34,120 bases of DNA, taken from the IMG/VR virus record IMGVR_UViG_3300037751_000573, positions 1-34,120 of that record. One strand, 5' to 3'. The translations under genes were made by a program, and so were the position numbers. Below the pieces are notes generated by a model. That model did no database searches. It saw only the letters and a list, made by a program, of their open reading frames with translations, and was not told the origin of the DNA. How positions within the stretch are numbered: the stretch's first letter is position 1; the number at the start of each line of letters is the position of its first letter. This DNA comes from a virus (taxonomy: Duplodnaviria; Caudoviricetes). Positions 16,501-24,720 of this stretch are shown one piece after another.

Positions 16501-17436
16501 AAGGTCGCCCAGGGGATTGTCGTGCCGCATGGAGAGGGAAACAAGGTCCAGGTGCAGGAGCCGGGAAACCTCATCAAAGGCAATGGGGTCTTGCACGACA
16601 AAGGTGTCGATCAGCGCCATATCGGCATCGAGGAGTTGGCTGAATGCAATATCCCGAAGCTCTCCACCCACGTCATAAAACGAGCTGTCAAAATAAAAAG
16701 TCAGCCCGGCGGTCACGGCCACGCTTCTTATGACCACCCCCGCCACAATGTAGTTTATGGCTGATCCATCATAAACAACCTCCATCGGGGTGCCTGCGGT
16801 GTAGGTGCCGAATGTTCCCCGCGACACCCCGGATTCCCATATCTCCACCGCCCCGGTATTTCTGGCATAGAGGGCATAGTCGATGCTAAAATAGCTCTGG
16901 CTGGTCAGCGGGTCGGTATTTAGCCCGGCCATGATCCTGGCGTTTACCTGGTTGACGGAGAACCGGGCCACGGCATAGCCGGTGAGGGATGCCTGGCTCC
17001 GTACCTCGCTGTCCCAGGCGGCAATGCCTGTCGCCTTTTGGGCGGTGGTGCCCGTGACCACGCAGCCGCCTCCCGCGACCAAAACAGGACGGGGGGAGGC
17101 AAACCATTGGTACAGCTCAACGGTCACGTTCTCCGGGTCTTCCGCCAGGAAGTAATCGGAGAACGGGGTCGCGCCGCCGTTCCACAGCACAATGCTGGAC
17201 TGCCTGATCTCGCCCGCCGTGTAATCCATGGGGTCGCCGCCGGCCATGTCCAGCAGCTCGCCCCAATCCTCCACCAGGGCCGCGTACTCCTCAGTCAGCC
17301 CGTCCAAAGCGCCCAAGGCTTGGTCGGAAACCCGCACCACCCCGGCGCCGGGGAAATTGAAAACCATCAACTGCCGAGGCCGCCTGGTGGCGGAATCCTT
17401 GGCGGCGATGAAGGCAGGGGACAGGTCGGTTCTCAC
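13525..17436 (-). CDS. Large tail tip/hub protein
   Basis: 1303 aa after the TMP and Dit-like gene; IGKGIPLIIG, INSITLFY; C-terminal D/E-x-x-x-x-x-D/E repeats and GFGG motifs. Confidence 0.75.
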   Translation of the reverse strand: MRTDLSPAFIAAKDSATRRPRQLMVFNFPGAGVVRVSDQALGALDGLTEEYAALVEDWGELLDMAGGDPMDYTAGEIRQSSIVLWNGGATPFSDYFLAEDPENVTVELYQWFASPRPVLVAGGGCVVTGTTAQKATGIAAWDSEVRSQASLTGYAVARFSVNQVNARIMAGLNTDPLTSQSYFSIDYALYARNTGAVEIWESGVSRGTFGTYTAGTPMEVVYDGSAINYIVAGVVIRSVAVTAGLTFYFDSSFYDVGGELRDIAFSQLLDADMALIDTFVVQDPIAFDEVSRLLHLDLVSLSMRHDNPLGDLITAEAWPNAAPAVIGKGIPLIIGTPGEIPTLYARTAPETTLSGSILDTTMTINVNGDLDELAFAAVGTIQLGEELVRYSSRTASSFAVLQRGYLSAAAEHLDRDKVVQKIEDHTFLAGKGPVYAINSVMVGGFAAPAEIYTVDPASDPARVVFSEKPYSYRFSEASTFLEMQFDLTNADNTAYQAYLAYDAADQATAAKISPLYPALSLQQTTANQDRGEIVKAYLAVEHWESDRFLSDYVEVWVEGIGIVGNLSRPNQADAVAVDAEIDIDHGHTKTISGEHTHSFTNPNYNINDPAHGHATTATADTAYNPYDLVPSSLSAPYGASGTSKYFHFLSTPNSFVNGRLTISTSLNLATMNIEIGWGIAGSDYVYRASPIGPADMYENTITIPGTYNIGLGARTNPNPGVLNCLVVRLSAYGNVYGATAAANSMQMSLTLANTITPALTGTVAALSTGGVNAARSANDISIDPLATANQPLQNVEAEAATRTIINLFDLTSYVNLDWAWFTGRDVKLTYRGTVDAKDVFIVHCFFDVEFRKRERVFSDEVTCEPVGLIDDESGTYTGTPGAVITRPDLVRKYILCQRGGMPTAYIDSANFSAAGTTFDSIGYAFNGLLDASMTVREAEKKLAWQCRSRFFWNAGKAKIALRKKIIDQLGCKALTVADYRLRSISAQRQRVADLINSITLFYSRQWTSADAGTAGFTSSVAGLNNASIGQHGTLENRDLFTFDLVTGETMANDLLAFYLENLAYPSTFYAIDTYLGQFDLEKEDCITLTTPFNRLRKANMVIRAADRAFGSGKLRRINYIRIVAESLRYILLDQTINDTVTAFDSLTVTIGLPGFFNDSIFLSDDQVFALIVIGAVETVSVAEALQIIFRINHTIAETATVGESLGCHFHVPLADSLTVTENLVVPAFSSGFGGGGFGEVNFGGSLVSVVNPLDEAMLSEVLAAVVSASLADTATATDEAIIFSAGFGGPTIGAGYGASPFGR

Positions 17437-17804
17437 CCCACAACCTCCAGGTTGATTTCCCCCTCGAAGATGTCCGGCTCGAGCTGGCTGAAATCCAGCT
17501 GGTCATCGGTCCACAACACGGTGTAGTCAACGCCTTCCTCGTCGGAATAGGTGAAGCTGTTCAGCCCGCCCTCGGCAATGGTGTTCCACCACGTTTCCAG
17601 CTCGGCCATCTTGGCCGAGTCGATGCCGCGAATCACCAGGGGAAAGCGGCGGATGCTGGCAACGCCCAGATCCTCCACCTGCAGGGAGCCGGCTGCGGTG
17701 CGGTCGCGGGCCTGGATCTTCTCCAGGGGCCTCCGGCCGGGGAGTTGGATGCCGCCGGTGAACTCCAGGGTGGCGGCGCCGAGGGTGAATTTAGGTGTGG
17801 CCAT
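17433..17804 (-). CDS. Distal tail (Dit-like) protein
   Basis: 123 aa immediately after the TMP; GGLNSFTYSD, INLEVV ending. Confidence 0.65.
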   Translation of the reverse strand: MATPKFTLGAATLEFTGGIQLPGRRPLEKIQARDRTAAGSLQVEDLGVASIRRFPLVIRGIDSAKMAELETWWNTIAEGGLNSFTYSDEEGVDYTVLWTDDQLDFSQLEPDIFEGEINLEVVG

Positions 17805-19471
17805 CAGCCGCGATCCCCCTGACGGTTGGCCTCGGTAATGACATTGGTCACATCCGAGCGGCTCAGGCTCTGGTTGATATTGATGGTCTTGGTAATGGCC
17901 GCGCCAGAGGTGGTGCTGATATCGAGCCCCAACTCCTGCATGGACCGCATGGTGCGCACCCGGGCCACTATGGCGTCAATTTGGGAGCTGGCGTGGTCGC
18001 GGAGATATACATCGAGATTGATGTCCTGCTTGTCCAGCAGGTCCATGCGGATCCCGATTTTGTCCAGCTCGGCCACGGCCGCCTGCTCCATTTTGGTGTA
18101 TTCGTCAATCAGGCTACCGGCATGCACCGAAAAGGAGTCTAAGTAGCGGACCGCCTCTTCCTCCCCCTTTTCCGCCCACTTCAAGCGCAGTTCCTCGATG
18201 TTCTTGTACAGCCAGTCGTTGATATCCCGGATATTCGCCCCGGCCTCCTGCCATTTTTGCGCCCGCTCCATCAGGGCCCGGACCTCATCCTTGGCCACGG
18301 TCTCCGCCCCGGTGCCGAGCTGCTCGTACATCTCCTGGTTGAGGGTGGTGGCTTCCTTGGTTTCCTTGCTGAGTTCGGCGTATATCTGCTTGACCAGTGC
18401 GGCCTGTTCCTTTATTTTTTTTACGTCCAGAGGAGATTCCCCGGAAAGGGAGCTTAACTGGCTAGCCAGTGACCCCGCTGGAAGTACGGTTCCTATTTTT
18501 GTCGGGCCGGAAATTATAGCGTTACTTGTGGCAGCGGCTGTCGCCCGGCGCCGATCAAAATTGACCATCTGGTCCTGCTGTTCTGGTGTTGCCTCATTAA
18601 AAATTTTCTTCTGTTCCTCGTTGAACTTTCTTAAAGCATAAATTTGGTTTGATATGTGTTTTCCGAGAAACGTCCAACCTTGTATAGATTTAGAGACGAA
18701 CTCAGCTACGTCTGCCAGCAATCCGACGATTCCCGTATTGCCCATAGCCACCATCAGGCTCTGGGTAGAATCCTTCAGGTTTGAGAGCTGGCCGTTCAGG
18801 GAATCCATCTGGTCAGCCATGGCTCCGGCAAATTTTGTTTTACCTATGCCAACCAGATAACCTTCTATTTCCTTGGCATTTTTCCTTACCGTGGTGGTCA
18901 CGCCCTGGAAGGTGAAGGAAACCTGGTCGCCCTGGCTCTTGGCCTTGATGCCGAACTCTTTGAGCCGCTCGAACTCGCCGGTGGCGGCATCGGCCACGGC
19001 CTCGATCATCTGGTTTAAGTCCTTGCCCATAGCGGCGGAGGTATTGCCGTAACTCTCCAGGGCCGCCCGGGATGGCTCCAACCCCAAGGCTTTGAGTTTG
19101 GTGAAGGCGGTAACCACTTGGGAGAGCTGAAACGGCGTCTCTCCGGCAAATTCCCGCAGCCACTTCATTTCTTTTTCCGCCTGGGCAGATGAGCCGGTGA
19201 TGGTCTTGAGGCTGCCATTCAACCGCTCGAATTCGGTGACGGTGGAGAGGAACATACCCGCCGCCGCGGAGGTCGCTACAGCAACGACTGCGGTCTTGAG
19301 CCCCAAAACAGCCGTCGAGGTGGCGGAGGTCGAAGATTTAAACGCCCCCATGTCTTTGGTCATCTGGGTGGTGGCGGATTTGATATCGCTCCGCGCCTTG
19401 TCCATATCCCGGTGAAACGATGCGGTTTCCGCACTCAGCTCAATTCTCAGGTCGCCGACTTTGCTTGCCAT
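17804..19471 (-). CDS. Tape measure protein
   Basis: VGDLRIELSAET N-terminus; FAGETPFQL...GEFERLKEFGI tape-measure domain; helical; follows the tail chaperones. Confidence 0.9.
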   Translation of the reverse strand: MASKVGDLRIELSAETASFHRDMDKARSDIKSATTQMTKDMGAFKSSTSATSTAVLGLKTAVVAVATSAAAGMFLSTVTEFERLNGSLKTITGSSAQAEKEMKWLREFAGETPFQLSQVVTAFTKLKALGLEPSRAALESYGNTSAAMGKDLNQMIEAVADAATGEFERLKEFGIKAKSQGDQVSFTFQGVTTTVRKNAKEIEGYLVGIGKTKFAGAMADQMDSLNGQLSNLKDSTQSLMVAMGNTGIVGLLADVAEFVSKSIQGWTFLGKHISNQIYALRKFNEEQKKIFNEATPEQQDQMVNFDRRRATAAATSNAIISGPTKIGTVLPAGSLASQLSSLSGESPLDVKKIKEQAALVKQIYAELSKETKEATTLNQEMYEQLGTGAETVAKDEVRALMERAQKWQEAGANIRDINDWLYKNIEELRLKWAEKGEEEAVRYLDSFSVHAGSLIDEYTKMEQAAVAELDKIGIRMDLLDKQDINLDVYLRDHASSQIDAIVARVRTMRSMQELGLDISTTSGAAITKTININQSLSRSDVTNVITEANRQGDRG

Positions 19472-19475
19472 CTGC

Positions 19476-19754
19476 TTATTTCACTCCCTTGAGGGCGGCA
19501 TGCAGGTCTTTGGCAACCTGCTTCTTGCTCCGCTTGCCGCGCAGCAGTTTGTCGATGGGCGGCAGCTTCTTGGTGCGGTCAAAGGCCGCGGTCATCCAGG
19601 CGGCGAGCTCCAGCCGCCGGTGGCCTTCCTGCGCCACCAGGTTGGATTCATAGGGGGTCAGCCGCCAGAAAGTTTCCGGATCCAAACCAGCCCGGACAGC
19701 CTGCGCATAAGCCTGTTCCACCATGTCGCCGGTTGCCGGGCCTCCTTGGGGTTT
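19476..19754 (-). CDS. Tail assembly chaperone, T part (-1 frame)
   Basis: GLDPETFWRLTPYE motif; overlaps the G ORF in the -1 frame; in-frame ATG at 19724. Confidence 0.75.
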   Translation of the reverse strand, partial: KPQGGPATGDMVEQAYAQAVRAGLDPETFWRLTPYESNLVAQEGHRRLELAAWMTAAFDRTKKLPPIDKLLRGKRSKKQVAKDLHAALKGVK

Positions 19755-20053
19755 GCGGGTTGGCCCTCCTGCCCGTGGTAGGCGTAGCGCAGCCCGGCGG
19801 CAATGGCCTTGCCGGCCACGACCAGGGGAGGAGACCCGGCCATGACCTCGTGGGCGGTCAGCCCGGTGGCCGCCGCGATCACCTCGGCCATCATCGCCAC
19901 GTCCGTGGTGGTGATGGCCATAATGATCTTCTTGTCGAAGTCCTCCCCGTATTCGCTGCGCAGCCTGGCAATGGCGTCCCAGGTAAAGCGCAGCACGCAC
20001 TCCCGCTCGCCGATCTGCAGGGGCTGTTCGCCCCGGTAACGGTTCGCTATCAT
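19658..20053 (-). CDS. Tail assembly chaperone, G part
   Basis: ANRYRGE...LRFTWDAI motif; located between the major tail and TMP genes. Confidence 0.75.
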   Translation of the reverse strand: MIANRYRGEQPLQIGERECVLRFTWDAIARLRSEYGEDFDKKIIMAITTTDVAMMAEVIAAATGLTAHEVMAGSPPLVVAGKAIAAGLRYAYHGQEGQPANPKEARQPATWWNRLMRRLSGLVWIRKLSGG

Positions 20054-20688
20054 GCCTGGGTTACCGCGCCACTGATTTCCAGGGTGAGCGACCGGGAAAC
20101 CTTGTCATCCAGGCCACCGGATTTCGGAAACGACAGGACATAGGCGGTGAAGGTGTCGGTCACGTCGTCCGAGTAGGTGACCCGGTAATTCTTCAACGAC
20201 CGGGCCGTCCGCGAGGCCGCCACGGCAACCTGCCCGGCATCGGTGTGCACGCAGTTGAGGTTGAGGGTGAACTGCCCCTCGTCCGGCAACCCGATGCGTT
20301 TTTCATGGGCAACAGAGGTCAGGTGGGTTACCTGATAGACGGCGGCCGATCCCCCGGGCCCGTCAAAGTCCACGATTTCCCCCACCGCCGACCAGGTAAC
20401 CGGGGTCAGGGTGCCGTTGGCCGCGGTCAGGGTGCCGCCGGTGGTGTCCACGTCCAGGGCCAGGGTGTTGGTGGTGGCGTTCTTGACCACGTAGTTGTTG
20501 CCGTTCAACAGGGCGGCGCTCGCCCCGGCGAAAGCTGAGGCGGTGACCACGTCGCCGTTGCTCAGGCCGTGGGCAGCCTTGGTGATGATGGTCGGGAAAC
20601 CGACCGCTGCGGTCACAGTTGCCACGGCGGAGCCGGAGCCGGTTTCTATTTCCAGGGTTGTTCCTGCTGCTTCAATCGCTTCGCTCAT
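20050..20688 (-). CDS. Major tail tube protein with inserted accessory beta domain
   Basis: VTHLTSVAHEKRIGLPDEGQFTL, FTAYV, LEISGAV; HGLSNGDVV insertion. Confidence 0.85.
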   Translation of the reverse strand: MSEAIEAAGTTLEIETGSGSAVATVTAAVGFPTIITKAAHGLSNGDVVTASAFAGASAALLNGNNYVVKNATTNTLALDVDTTGGTLTAANGTLTPVTWSAVGEIVDFDGPGGSAAVYQVTHLTSVAHEKRIGLPDEGQFTLNLNCVHTDAGQVAVAASRTARSLKNYRVTYSDDVTDTFTAYVLSFPKSGGLDDKVSRSLTLEISGAVTQA

Positions 20689-20694
20689 GGCGGT

Positions 20695-21081
20695 CTACTC
20701 CTTGTGCCAGATGATGAAATCCATGGACACCCGGTAGAGCCCGGTGTCCGGTTCAAAGTCGTCCTGGTCGGATTCGAGGCTCACCCCGCCGACCGTGGTA
20801 CTGCCCATCAAGCCCCGGTATCCGTCCAGTCTCTGCCGCACCGCCGTGGCCACTGCCTTGACCGAGGCATAGGTGGAGCCCCAGCAGTCGATCTGATATC
20901 GCGGGTGCGCCAGGCCGCTCGGCCCGGTCAGCGACCGCACCCGGGGCCCGTCGATCCGCTGCACGGTTATGGCCGGCAGGTCGGCTCCCTGGTCCATCCG
21001 CAGCGGGGTTACCCGTTGGCCGACCAGGGCGGTCACCGCCGCGCCGGAATACAGGTAGGTGATCAGATCCCCTTCGATCAT
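20695..21081 (-). CDS. Tail terminator / completion protein (DUF3168-like)
   Basis: ALVGQRVTP, LPAITVQRI, RYQIDCWG, YRVSMDF. Confidence 0.85.
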   Translation of the reverse strand: MIEGDLITYLYSGAAVTALVGQRVTPLRMDQGADLPAITVQRIDGPRVRSLTGPSGLAHPRYQIDCWGSTYASVKAVATAVRQRLDGYRGLMGSTTVGGVSLESDQDDFEPDTGLYRVSMDFIIWHKE

Positions 21082-21587
21082 TTGCGCCTCAGTTTGGCCG
21101 CTTCCGCCGCGATGCGCTGGCCCAGTTCCTTGCCGATAATCTCCAGGCTGCGAGCGGAGTTGTTGTCAAAGGCTGGCCGGAGGAATGGCTTGGCCGGGGT
21201 GCCCGGATGGTGCACGATCTTGCCGAAGACAACCCCACCGCCGGCCAAGGCCTTTTTTCTTCCTTTCTTTTTGCTGACCTTGATGATGTGCGGGCCGGTG
21301 CCGTATTCCAGAAAGCGCATCTTGTAGGCCATGCCCTTTTTTTTAGAGCTCCCGGCAATGGCGATGGCCGGCGCGCGGCTCTCCTTTGCCGGGATGGCCC
21401 GGATCTTCAGGTCTTTCCTGGTCAAACCTGATTTCACCGGGATGCCATTGCGGGCCGCCTCCAGCATGGGCTTGGCCCCGGCCCGCAGCGCCTGGGTCAC
21501 CACCTTGCGCTGCAGCCGCTTGGGCAGCGCGGCTAAGACCCGGTCCAGTTCCTTGGCCCCGGTTATCTTGGTCTTTCCCAGCAGCAT
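21078..21587 (-). CDS. HK97 gp10-like neck protein
   Basis: ITGAKEL, ALRAGA, FLEYGT, HPGTPAKPFLRPAF. Confidence 0.9.
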   Translation of the reverse strand: MLLGKTKITGAKELDRVLAALPKRLQRKVVTQALRAGAKPMLEAARNGIPVKSGLTRKDLKIRAIPAKESRAPAIAIAGSSKKKGMAYKMRFLEYGTGPHIIKVSKKKGRKKALAGGGVVFGKIVHHPGTPAKPFLRPAFDNNSARSLEIIGKELGQRIAAEAAKLRRK

Positions 21588-21905
21588 CTAGTTCCTCGCC
21601 GCACACATGAGGTCCAAACCTTCCCGCCTGCCGATCTCCACGGGCGGGGCCACAAGCTCGTAAGTCTTCCCGCTCTCCACCAACCGCATGGTGGCGGTCA
21701 CATCGGAGCGGTAGCGAATCCGGAACACGGCGGTGAGCTCGGCGTTGACCTGCTGCGCCTGGAAATACTCCCGCCCCCGCAGATCGCGCCGCTCGGCCCA
21801 AACCGTGGCCAGGGTATTGAAGGTCACCACCTCCTCGTTGAAGGAGTTACGGGTGACGCTCTTGGTTTGGAGCACGACAAGTCGATCTATTTTCCCGGCT
21901 CGCAT
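21588..21905 (-). CDS. Head closure protein (SPP1 gp16-like)
   Basis: MRAGKIDRLV, TVWAE, GREYFQAQQV, FRIRYR. Confidence 0.9.
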   Translation of the reverse strand: MRAGKIDRLVVLQTKSVTRNSFNEEVVTFNTLATVWAERRDLRGREYFQAQQVNAELTAVFRIRYRSDVTATMRLVESGKTYELVAPPVEIGRREGLDLMCAARN

Positions 21906-22058
21906 CTAAGAGGGCTCCCCCTTCCGGTGCCGTTCCCGGCACTGCGTTTCCACCACCGTCAATCGCCGCTCATGGTTATAGGTCTTGACCGCCCAAAAAC
22001 CGGTGATCCCGGTTTGCAGGGTGAGAATAAGGGTGATTACCGGCAGCCACTCTCCCAT
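21906..22058 (-). CDS. 50-aa single-TM protein absent from the ORF track
   Basis: MGEWLPVITLILTLQTGITGFWAVKTYNHERRLTVVETQCRERHRKGEPS; AAGGAG SD; fills the gap exactly, stop abutting the next ATG. Confidence 0.7.
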   Translation of the reverse strand: MGEWLPVITLILTLQTGITGFWAVKTYNHERRLTVVETQCRERHRKGEPS

Positions 22059-22060
22059 GC

Positions 22061-22894
22061 TCAAAACTCCTTGGCTGAATCCATCCCGAACAGGCTTGAG
22101 GCCGCCCGGGGCAGATTGCTGATAATGGTGCCGGTGGCAAACTCCCCGCGCTCCTCGTATAGCCCGGAGAGCACCAGCTTGATCCCGCTGATGGTGGTGG
22201 CGGGAATCTCGCCGATGAACATGGTGCCGGACCCGGCGGAGGTAATGTCGATGGCAGTGCCGTCCACCGTGGCCGCCAGCTTCAGGGTGTTGCCGCTCAC
22301 GTCGCGGACAAAGTAATCGGTATTTGCGGCCAACCCGGTGGGCAGGCTGCCGCCGGAAACCGAGAGCCGCACCTTGTCGCCGTCCGCATGGGGATGGTTG
22401 AGTCCGGTCAGGGTGTTGGCCGTGGCGTCGGCAATGAACGGCACCGCATACCCGGCCCGGAAGCGGATATGGATGGGGTTCAGCACGGTAAGGTCGGCCG
22501 TGGGCCAGGACTTGTCGTAGCCCAGCACCACCCGGCCCAAGGGGCTGACCGTGTCCACCTCGTACTCGGTGGCGGCCAGGGTGTTCACCACCCCGGTGGT
22601 GTCCGTGTATTTGATGAACTCCACAGCCCGCAGGGGCGGCATGGGCAGTTTGATCTCGCCGTTCATCGGCCAGCCATCCAGGTACATATCCCAGACCTGG
22701 AGCACCTGGGCCTTCCAGGTCTCGGTCTCGGCAACCTGCCGGGCTGCGCTGATGAGTGAAGAGAGCAAACCGTCCTCGCTGGTATAGGAAACAGCCCCGG
22801 CCGCATCGACGGCCAGGCGCAGGTGCAGCTTCGCCTCGGTCAGGTGGACCGGCTCGGCGGCCGGGGCTGTATATTGTCCCAAACGTAGTGCCAT
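22061..22894 (-). CDS. Head-tail adaptor (HK97 gp6/SPP1 gp15-like) with extra domain
   Basis: PAAEPVHLTEAKLHLR, LISAARQVAE, RFRAGY, LYEERG; about 78-aa insertion after AGY. Confidence 0.88.
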   Translation of the reverse strand: MALRLGQYTAPAAEPVHLTEAKLHLRLAVDAAGAVSYTSEDGLLSSLISAARQVAETETWKAQVLQVWDMYLDGWPMNGEIKLPMPPLRAVEFIKYTDTTGVVNTLAATEYEVDTVSPLGRVVLGYDKSWPTADLTVLNPIHIRFRAGYAVPFIADATANTLTGLNHPHADGDKVRLSVSGGSLPTGLAANTDYFVRDVSGNTLKLAATVDGTAIDITSAGSGTMFIGEIPATTISGIKLVLSGLYEERGEFATGTIISNLPRAASSLFGMDSAKEF

Positions 22895-23265
22895 TATTCG
22901 ATCACCACATGGAAGGCGCCGCTTTTCACCGCGCCGCCGGAGGAGACCACGATCTTGACCCGGTCCTGGGCCAAGCCGATCTTATCCAGCACCGCTACCC
23001 CGCCCGCCGCATAGAGGGCAGCCGCCCCGGCGGTGGAGTGGGTGGGCTGCCGGGGCGCCCGGGTGGCCGCAGCGTTCACCGCCGCCTCGGACCACAGGGT
23101 TTCCCCGGTGGCCTCGGCGGTGATGGCAAAGGTGACCCCGTCGCTGAAATCATCCTTGACGTAACGGATCTGCGACAGCTTGCCGGTTACCACCGGGGTG
23201 TAGCCGGTGGCATTTCCTTCCGCGTCGGTGGTCAGCTCGACCACCAGTCGTCTGGCGTAGCTCAT
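22894..23265 (-). CDS. Hypothetical virion protein
   Basis: 123 aa, beta-rich, in the head-accessory block. Confidence 0.7.
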   Translation of the reverse strand: MSYARRLVVELTTDAEGNATGYTPVVTGKLSQIRYVKDDFSDGVTFAITAEATGETLWSEAAVNAAATRAPRQPTHSTAGAAALYAAGGVAVLDKIGLAQDRVKIVVSSGGAVKSGAFHVVIE

Positions 23266-23274
23266 GGCGGCCCC

Positions 23275-23967
23275 TTATCCGATCCGGATTCCGTAAACAT
23301 GGCCGGTGGCGGTGCCGGTGTTCCCAGCCTCCTGCACCGAGGTGGTCACCTTCAGCACCAGCCGGGCGCCCGGGGTGAGCGTGGTCCCGGTGACGGTGAA
23401 AGCCTTCTCTCCGATGGTCAGGGTGATGGCCGTGGCAGCGGTGGCGCAGATGTCCGCCGCTGCCGTGCCGATATCGGTGGTCAGGGTGGCCACCAGATCC
23501 ACGGTGGCGGTGATGGTGGTGCCGCCGGAGGCGGAATACCCGGAACTGACATAGACGGTGACATTGGTCCCGGCCTTGTAATCGTCGGGCAGCACCACCT
23601 CCAGCAGGGCATCATTGGTTTTGGTGTTGTTCTGGGCCGCGGTCCCTTGCAGGTCCAGGGCGTTGTTGGAGTTGACCACGGAGATAAAGTCCGTGGCCAC
23701 GCCTGCGGAGGCGGCAACGGAACCGCCCGCCACATTGCGGGCCGAGAAGAGCGGCACCCGAAGGTTGAGCGGCTTGGTCACAACGGCGCCGGACTGGATA
23801 TCCAGGGTACCGCCGGACTGCAGCTCGATCTCGCCGCCTGTGGCGACCACCTGCTTGTTGCCCCCCTGCTCTTTATAGATGGCCACACTGCTGGCGGCGA
23901 AAGCCGACGCCGCGAAAAGCAGTAAGAACACGACCAGCAAGGGCCGAAGAATCAGTTTATTTTTCAT
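23275..23967 (-). CDS. Head fibre/decoration-like protein with an N-terminal signal peptide
   Basis: Start MKNKLILRPLLVVFLLLFAASAFA (AAGGA SD), then YKEQGG...GGEIEL and an Ala/Thr-rich beta domain. Confidence 0.65.
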   Translation of the reverse strand: MKNKLILRPLLVVFLLLFAASAFAASSVAIYKEQGGNKQVVATGGEIELQSGGTLDIQSGAVVTKPLNLRVPLFSARNVAGGSVAASAGVATDFISVVNSNNALDLQGTAAQNNTKTNDALLEVVLPDDYKAGTNVTVYVSSGYSASGGTTITATVDLVATLTTDIGTAAADICATAATAITLTIGEKAFTVTGTTLTPGARLVLKVTTSVQEAGNTGTATGHVYGIRIG

Positions 23968-24199
23968 CGTCTTTTCCTTTGGTGTTGCGCCCCTTGGGGC
24001 TTGGCAGAGCAGCATTTTCCTGGGGGGCCACAATGGCCGCCTCCGGAGCCGCCGGCTGGGCCGTGGTGCCGGGGCAAACCTCTGCACCAAAACCGCCCGC
24101 GACCAGGGCTTTCCCCTTGCCCTCATCCACCTCGATGATCTGCCCGGGGTTGGCCCCGCCATCCGGACCGGCCATGGTGGTGATCATTTTTACTTTCAT
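23957..24199 (-). CDS. Small conserved head-region protein
   Basis: MKVKMITTMAGP...PGQIIEV...LV..G.A; GGGAG SD. Confidence 0.7.
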   Translation of the reverse strand: MKVKMITTMAGPDGGANPGQIIEVDEGKGKALVAGGFGAEVCPGTTAQPAAPEAAIVAPQENAALPSPKGRNTKGKDDEK

Positions 24200-24256
24200 G
24201 GTGTGCTCCCTGTTCAAGCTTGGGGGCTGGTTGCCCAGCCCCTCATTGATTCTGGT

Positions 24257-24697
24257 TTACGCCTCAGCCGGGGAGATAAGCTGGGTGGACTTGAGCAAGC
24301 CGGAGTTCGCGTCGGGTTTGACCCGGCCGGTGTAGCGAATAGCCGTGATGCCAAGGACCACCGCGTTGGCAACCGCCGGGGTGATGTTCGCCTGCAGGTA
24401 ACGCTCCTGGGGCTGGAACACATCCACCACGATGGCGGACTGGGTCAGCAGGGCGTCGGCCGCGGTGGCCGTATGCACGGTGGTGGTGGCCAGCCGGGCC
24501 ATGCCGCTGGTGGCGTTGGTCGGGTTCTGCTCGACAAAGCAATCGAGGGTGCCGGTTTCCAGCAGGGTGCCCAACTCGAAAACAAACATGACCCCATCGT
24601 AATTGGCCATGTCGATGATGTCCGAGGTGCGCTTGGTGGTCCCGGCGGCGAAGTAGCCGAGGATCTGGTCAACTTTTACGTTTTTCAAAAGGTTCAT
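24257..24697 (-). CDS. Capsid accessory / cement-like protein
   Basis: IDMANYDGVMF, ERYL; directly downstream of the major capsid gene. Confidence 0.7.
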   Translation of the reverse strand: MNLLKNVKVDQILGYFAAGTTKRTSDIIDMANYDGVMFVFELGTLLETGTLDCFVEQNPTNATSGMARLATTTVHTATAADALLTQSAIVVDVFQPQERYLQANITPAVANAVVLGITAIRYTGRVKPDANSGLLKSTQLISPAEA

Positions 24698-24720
24698 AGC
24701 CTGTACTCCCTTATTTTTTA

